DNA of 64,000 nucleotides from Batkoa obscura (Eukaryota): NCBI GenBank assembly GCA_030770535.1, contig JASVEC010000025.1, positions 496,001 to 560,000 of the forward strand, read 5' to 3'. Shown piece by piece: positions 58,800 to 64,000 of this stretch (position 1 is its first letter; each line of letters starts with the position of its first letter). The notes under the pieces were generated by a model. It saw only the letters and a program-made list of their open reading frames with translations, ran no database searches and was not told where the DNA came from. The position numbers and the translations under genes were made by a program.

Positions 58800-60376
58800 T
58801 TGTGATAAAAAATGAAATTTTAAAGTTGATAAAGCAATTTAAAAAAGAAATCTTATGTTTTTTATATTTACTATTACCCCTTCATTTCAAGGTCATTACT
58901 ACGCAGTTTAGTTTTTATGATTCTGTTGGAAATGATGTAAATATGGAACACGAATAGGTGAATTGTATATTTTATTTTTAAATTGTATTTATCATTGAAC
59001 TATAATATATTCTAATTTTAGATTATTATAGCTGAGAGTTTCCATAAGGTAGTATGCAGTTATTTATATAAAGTGATTTGATAGTAAATGTAGTGATAAA
59101 ATTTTAATAGCTGTTTATTTATAGCTTTATAGTAACATATTTTTTCAATTCTATAGTCTTTTCAGTTGATTATATTTAGAAATAATTTTGCCAAGGCTTT
59201 GATTTGATGTTATTTTATCTTCAGGAATGTAATTTTTTTAGCTGTTACAATACCTGCTAAGGCAGATTTCCCAAGTAAACTGGTCTTAAAAACTGGTGTG
59301 ATTGAAAGTTGAGCATGGGGATTTCGTATTTTGCCTAAATCAATACAACTTTTGAAAACCGTAATACCTAGCCTGAATGACTATCATCCGTAATTTTTAA
59401 CATACCAGGTCAAAAATTATGGTTGCTTTTAATTTTTTATCTAATGGCCAATACTTTCAATTGTATATCTCACTTTTTAAAGTTTAGGCTTTACTTTTTT
59501 ACTAGCTTTGTAGTTTTTTAAAGTCTAGAGCACTTCAGTTCAAATAATTATAGACATTTAATAAAAGGGATAAAAAATAAAGGATGTATAAAAGACTACT
59601 TCAGATAAAGGATTAGAGTAAGGGTTGTAAAACGTTTGTTATTGATAGTAGCATAGCTGTTTACCTTTTTTAATTAAAGGTACAAATCACTTTTTGTGAA
59701 GCAAATAATTTTATCTAAAAACACCAGCTATTGTAATTGAAAATATTTCATGTAAAATATAGTCACATTTCCAAGGCTTGAAAAAAGTACGAACCATCAA
59801 AGGGGATTTGTTTTGTTCAAGAATATAAATATATCACCTTATACAAATAACGTGATTTAAAAGCTTGAAATATAAAAACATTTATTTGGTAATCAGTGTG
59901 TTAACAAGTATTTTTATAATTCATAAAACTTTTACATACCCAAATATTTTATTAGATACAATAAAGCCATATTAAGTTGTTACTTAGAAAAATTCTTTAT
60001 ATAATTATGAATTTAGATAAATATCTATGCTTTTAGTTCCTATAGAATAAGTAAATGTTTAAAGATTTTATTATATTCATTCTCAAAATGACATTTGTGA
60101 ATAAGTGGTTGTTTTCTTTAGAGTTTTCGAACATATCAATTTCAAATAAGAAAATGCCACAGTAAAATATGTATGGTATTAGGAATAAAAATCAAGTTTA
60201 CTATTAATTCCCCTACTTATGTTCCATGTTTACAACATTTTAATTGGAAGTCAAAAGTTAATATGCGTAGTAATATTCTTAAAATGGGATATTAAGTAGC
60301 ATACAAATATATAAATCACCATAAAGCAAGCTTTATTTAGTTTTATCAATTTCAAGCTTTTCAACTCTCATTAACA

Positions 60377-60766
60377 ATGTTTAATAAAATTGTCCTCACC
60401 TCCACTTTATTTTCCCTTTTAATTAGTACTGTAACTTGCAAGAGTAAACATTATGCCACTGTCTGTGTTCATAACGATGACTGCTACATTAAGGATGCTA
60501 CTAACAAATATGGTTCTTCACGTTTCCAAAAATTCAGTACTTCAAATGAAAATAAAGGCTACGGAGTCTTTTTTGGATCAAATGATGACTACAGCGTTCA
60601 AATCATCGAATGTAATATAAGTGAAGTCAAAGTTCTTGTTGATAATACTGACAGCTGGAAAGTGTATAAGCATAGCTTAACTAAAGCTAAAAAACAAGAA
60701 GACATAAGCTGCACTAGATTATGGCTTGATACTGATAAATTCCTTGACTACCATGATGAGCTTTAA
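60377..60766 (+). CDS. Small signal-peptide protein, paralog B (C-terminal HDEL)
   Basis: Same family, more diverged core; ends DYHDEL*. Confidence 0.85.
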   Translation: MFNKIVLTSTLFSLLISTVTCKSKHYATVCVHNDDCYIKDATNKYGSSRFQKFSTSNENKGYGVFFGSNDDYSVQIIECNISEVKVLVDNTDSWKVYKHSLTKAKKQEDISCTRLWLDTDKFLDYHDEL

Positions 60767-61900
60767 CTAATTTAAATTTATTGTATACAGTAGTAAACTT
60801 ACTTTTTGTTAGGTTATTATTTTTATTGTTTTACCTTTACTTATAAGTTTAGATTTTCACGTTTTAATATTTACTTGAGAAATTTGTATTTATTCATATT
60901 AACATTTTTTTATACAATGCAATTGAGCGCTTTGATATTACTTTTGAAAAAATTATGACATGAAATGTATTAAATAAAATTTTTGTTAACACTTTTAGAA
61001 GCATCTTTTACAAATCAAATTAAATTTTATTAAAACACTAGAAATGATAAAGTTAGTACAATATAACCCAAAAGTAGCAATCAAAACATACCAAAGTAAA
61101 TAGCTTACACAAAATGTTACAAAAGTTATAAAGTAAAATAGTAATGGTTAAAGTTTACACATAAACTATTTTAAAATAGGGCTAAAATTTGACTTAGAAA
61201 AGTGACTAACCCTATCTCTACACATTAATTAGTATAAACGCAAGAAGAATAAAAGATGACTTCGCAAATGAAAGAAGAGATATAAGAAGACTTGAAATTT
61301 AAACATCAATCACAGATAAGAGTATATTATTATTACTTTATATCAAAGTTTAAATAAATAATTAATAAAAGCGTTGTGCGTATATCTTTAGCAAACACCG
61401 TACTAAAAATTATTAAATTAGCTTAAAAATTTGGATAAAGGTAGTTGGTCAACAATAAAAAGCTTTAAAAGGTAGTACTTCATTATAATAAAATAGTTGC
61501 AAAATACATCATCACATTTTAGACAATTCTTGTTATTATTTTGTTCACGCTTTGTTCAATAAAGAAGTAAGATAATCTATATGTTTGATAATTAGACAAA
61601 AGAAGATATTACTGTATGTTTTTCTTATGGTCTATTGGAATATTAATTTAGGGCTTAAAAGGATAGTAGCTTGAATACGTATGGTGCGTTTGGGATAAAT
61701 AAAGTGACTTTTAATTCACATGATTGTGTTCCATGTTTACATCACTTTATTTCAACTAGCAATCAAAGTTAACATGTGTAGTAATATTCTTGAAATGGAA
61801 TACTAAGTAGTATATACATATATAAAGGAACAAAAATTAATCATTTGTAGCAATAGTAATTTGTTTATTTTTCAATTTCAATTTTTATTCGTTATTAACA

Positions 61901-62290
61901 ATGTTTAGCAAAACTGTTCTCACTTCCACTTTATTTTCCCTTTTAATCAGTACTGTAACTTGCAAGAGTAAACATTATGCCACTGTTTGTGTTCATAACG
62001 ATGACTGCTACATTAAGGATGCCGCTAACAAATATGGTTCTTCTCATTTTCAAAAATTTAATATAACAAGCGAAAATAATGGTCATGGTCTCTACTTTGG
62101 ATCAAACAATGACTATAGCGTTAAATTTATTGACTGTAACCCAAAGGAAACTAAAGTTCTTATCGACAATAATGATAGTTGGAAAGTATACAGACATAGA
62201 TTAGATAAAGGTCAAAAACAAGAGGATGTAAGCTGCACTAGATTATGGCTTGATACTAGTAAATTTCTTGGCTATCATGACGAACTTTAA
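61901..62290 (+). CDS. Small signal-peptide protein, paralog C (C-terminal HDEL)
   Basis: Core identical to paralog A, ends similar to paralog B; ends GYHDEL*. Confidence 0.85.
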   Translation: MFSKTVLTSTLFSLLISTVTCKSKHYATVCVHNDDCYIKDAANKYGSSHFQKFNITSENNGHGLYFGSNNDYSVKFIDCNPKETKVLIDNNDSWKVYRHRLDKGQKQEDVSCTRLWLDTSKFLGYHDEL

Positions 62291-62763
62291 CTTGATTTAA
62301 TTCTTTACAAAAATAAACATAAATGATAATAATTTATTGAATTTTTATTTTTTAACATATAATGAACTTATAGAATTTGTTAATAACTAGATCAAATGCT
62401 CAACTTACTTGTGGACTACAATGATTTTCATACGTTAGTTATAGGTAGCTTTTGAAAAAAGCACTTATTTTTTTGAAAGAATATTTGTTTTGAACAATAA
62501 ATGCATTTTAAATTCAATATCCAAAGAAACAAACAGAGTTAAAACTTTCTTTAATATTTAATATTTAAACAGAATCTAGCAATTTTATTTAAAAAAATTC
62601 GCACTTTATAAGATTTTTTAAAAAGTTAACTAATTTTCAAAATGCCCACATTAATTTACTTAATGTATAAAATTTCGAACCTAGAGCTGAAGATATCTTA
62701 AATAGAACGCATATACTTTTACTGATAAAAATTTTGTTATATTGAAAGCTTAAAGTACCTTAA

Positions 62764-62868
62764 ATATGGGGGTGTTTTTTTTGGTTTCATTATTTTACTT
62801 ATTTTTTAAGCGCTATTTGAGCGGAAAGATTGTTAGTAAAATAATGAAACCAAAAAACACCCCCATAT
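62764..62868. mobile_element. MITE-like element copy with extended inverted repeats
   Basis: ATATGGGGGTG(T)8GGTTTCATTATTTTACT...AGTAAAATAATGAAACC(A)6CACCCCCATAT. Confidence 0.88.
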
Positions 62869-63280
62869 GCTAGATTTTTGATTGCCTTTTCATCAAAGCA
62901 AACATGTTTTAAACCGCAAAAATAATTATATTCATAGAAATACAATATTCTAAATTAATGCTATATACAATGGCTACTTGGTTTTAGATACAATCAGTCC
63001 ATATATGAATATAATGTCACTATATATCTATTTTAACAAAAATTTAAAAATTAACTTCAAAGCTATCATAGATTATTATGCTGTTTTATAAACTAATATT
63101 ATATAAACCAATTATATTCAAAGAATCTATATAATAGTTAAAATTGAATAAAAATAAAATGCTAATACCAATACAACAATTTAATATAAGGAAACTTACA
63201 AAATTCCTATTGATTAAATAAAATGCAACTTTAATTACAATCAAACTGTAATTTTGAAAAAAGCCACTTCTAAAATAGTA

Positions 63281-64000
63281 TCATCCTAAAAGTATATTAT
63301 CATCCTCTTGTTTATCCTCACTGAAACTCTTATTATTGTACTCTCCGATTTCTTTTTCATACTCCTTCAACCTAAAAATTAATGAAATCAGCGTCATAAC
63401 CGCGGCTGCTCCACCAACCATCACAATAGCTTTTCTAATAGATTCCCATTTCATTGCTTCAATTTCACTTCGAATCTCAGACACTTGGATCCCAAACTTA
63501 TTATTAATCTCATGGATTTTATAATCAACCTCTTTATAAATTGCTCCCATCTCATGATTGTGACTACTTAAATCTAACTGTAAATCTACTTTTAATTGAT
63601 TGATAGCTTCCCTTTTATAATGTGCTAAAGCATCTAAGTCTCTCGAAATTTTACTTAACTCTTGTTGTGTCTGCGTATGATCTTTTGTTCGCATGATTTG
63701 TAGCTCGGTCCGTAGTTCATTCAAAGCTGCTCGAAATAGATATTCGTGCTACATTACATTAGTAATTTTACTTTCATCATGAATTAAAAATACCTTTTGT
63801 AAATCTTCTTTATTTAAGCTTTGTTTTCGAAACTCGGAATATCTAAAATTAAATTCAATGTCACTTGCTTTTGTTAAAAGTATGGTAGTACCTAGTTTGC
63901 ATCATCGAATATAAAATTTGCATTATTATTTTGGATTGTGAGCGAGTAAATGCATCTTGTTGAAGCTTTTTTACCATTGCAAATGTATCAAAAGGGTGTC
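63281..64000 (-). CDS. CCDC90/MCUR1/Fmp32-like (DUF1640) mitochondrial coiled-coil protein, 5'-truncated, multi-exon
   Basis: PFDTFAMVKKLQQ at the window edge, EYLFRAALNELRTELQ, coiled coil, IRSEIEAMKWE followed by a single TM; GT-AG introns near 63750-63795 and 63843-63890. Confidence 0.72.

Noticed and set aside
59200..59450. Slightly GC-richer, coding-like stretch between paralogs A and B
   Set aside because: Interrupted by stops in the frames I read and no recognisable motif; cannot support a pseudogene call.

Overview
Very AT-rich eukaryotic DNA with short GT-AG introns. The gene content (APSES/ankyrin factor, Sec14, Gpi12, rhodopsin-like GPCR, secreted trypsin) indicates a fungus, by inference an early-diverging, Conidiobolus/Entomophthorales-like one. 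The window holds about 26 protein-coding genes, five intronless tRNA genes (Asp, Lys, Pro, Glu, Ser) and about 14 full or partial copies of a ~105-bp MITE-like element. Housekeeping genes: mitoferrin, uL1, Gpi12, Sec14, Mbp1/Swi4-type factor, Rsa4, glycerol kinase, LACTB2, Dbp5, Erv25 and a partial CCDC90/DUF1640-like gene. Standout observations: (1) three paralogous TKL kinase + Sel1-repeat proteins that all end in a CaaX prenylation motif; (2) a two-exon secreted 6-Cys protein with BPTI/Kunitz-like spacing that the ORF track misses; (3) three small signal-peptide paralogs, two ending in HDEL, where the outer two share a 314-bp identical inverted core; (4) an intronless Argonaute with a full catalytic tetrad; (5) two perfect ATCWGATAA iron-repressor sites upstream of mitoferrin. 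All calls come from reading and motif recognition; no searches were run.
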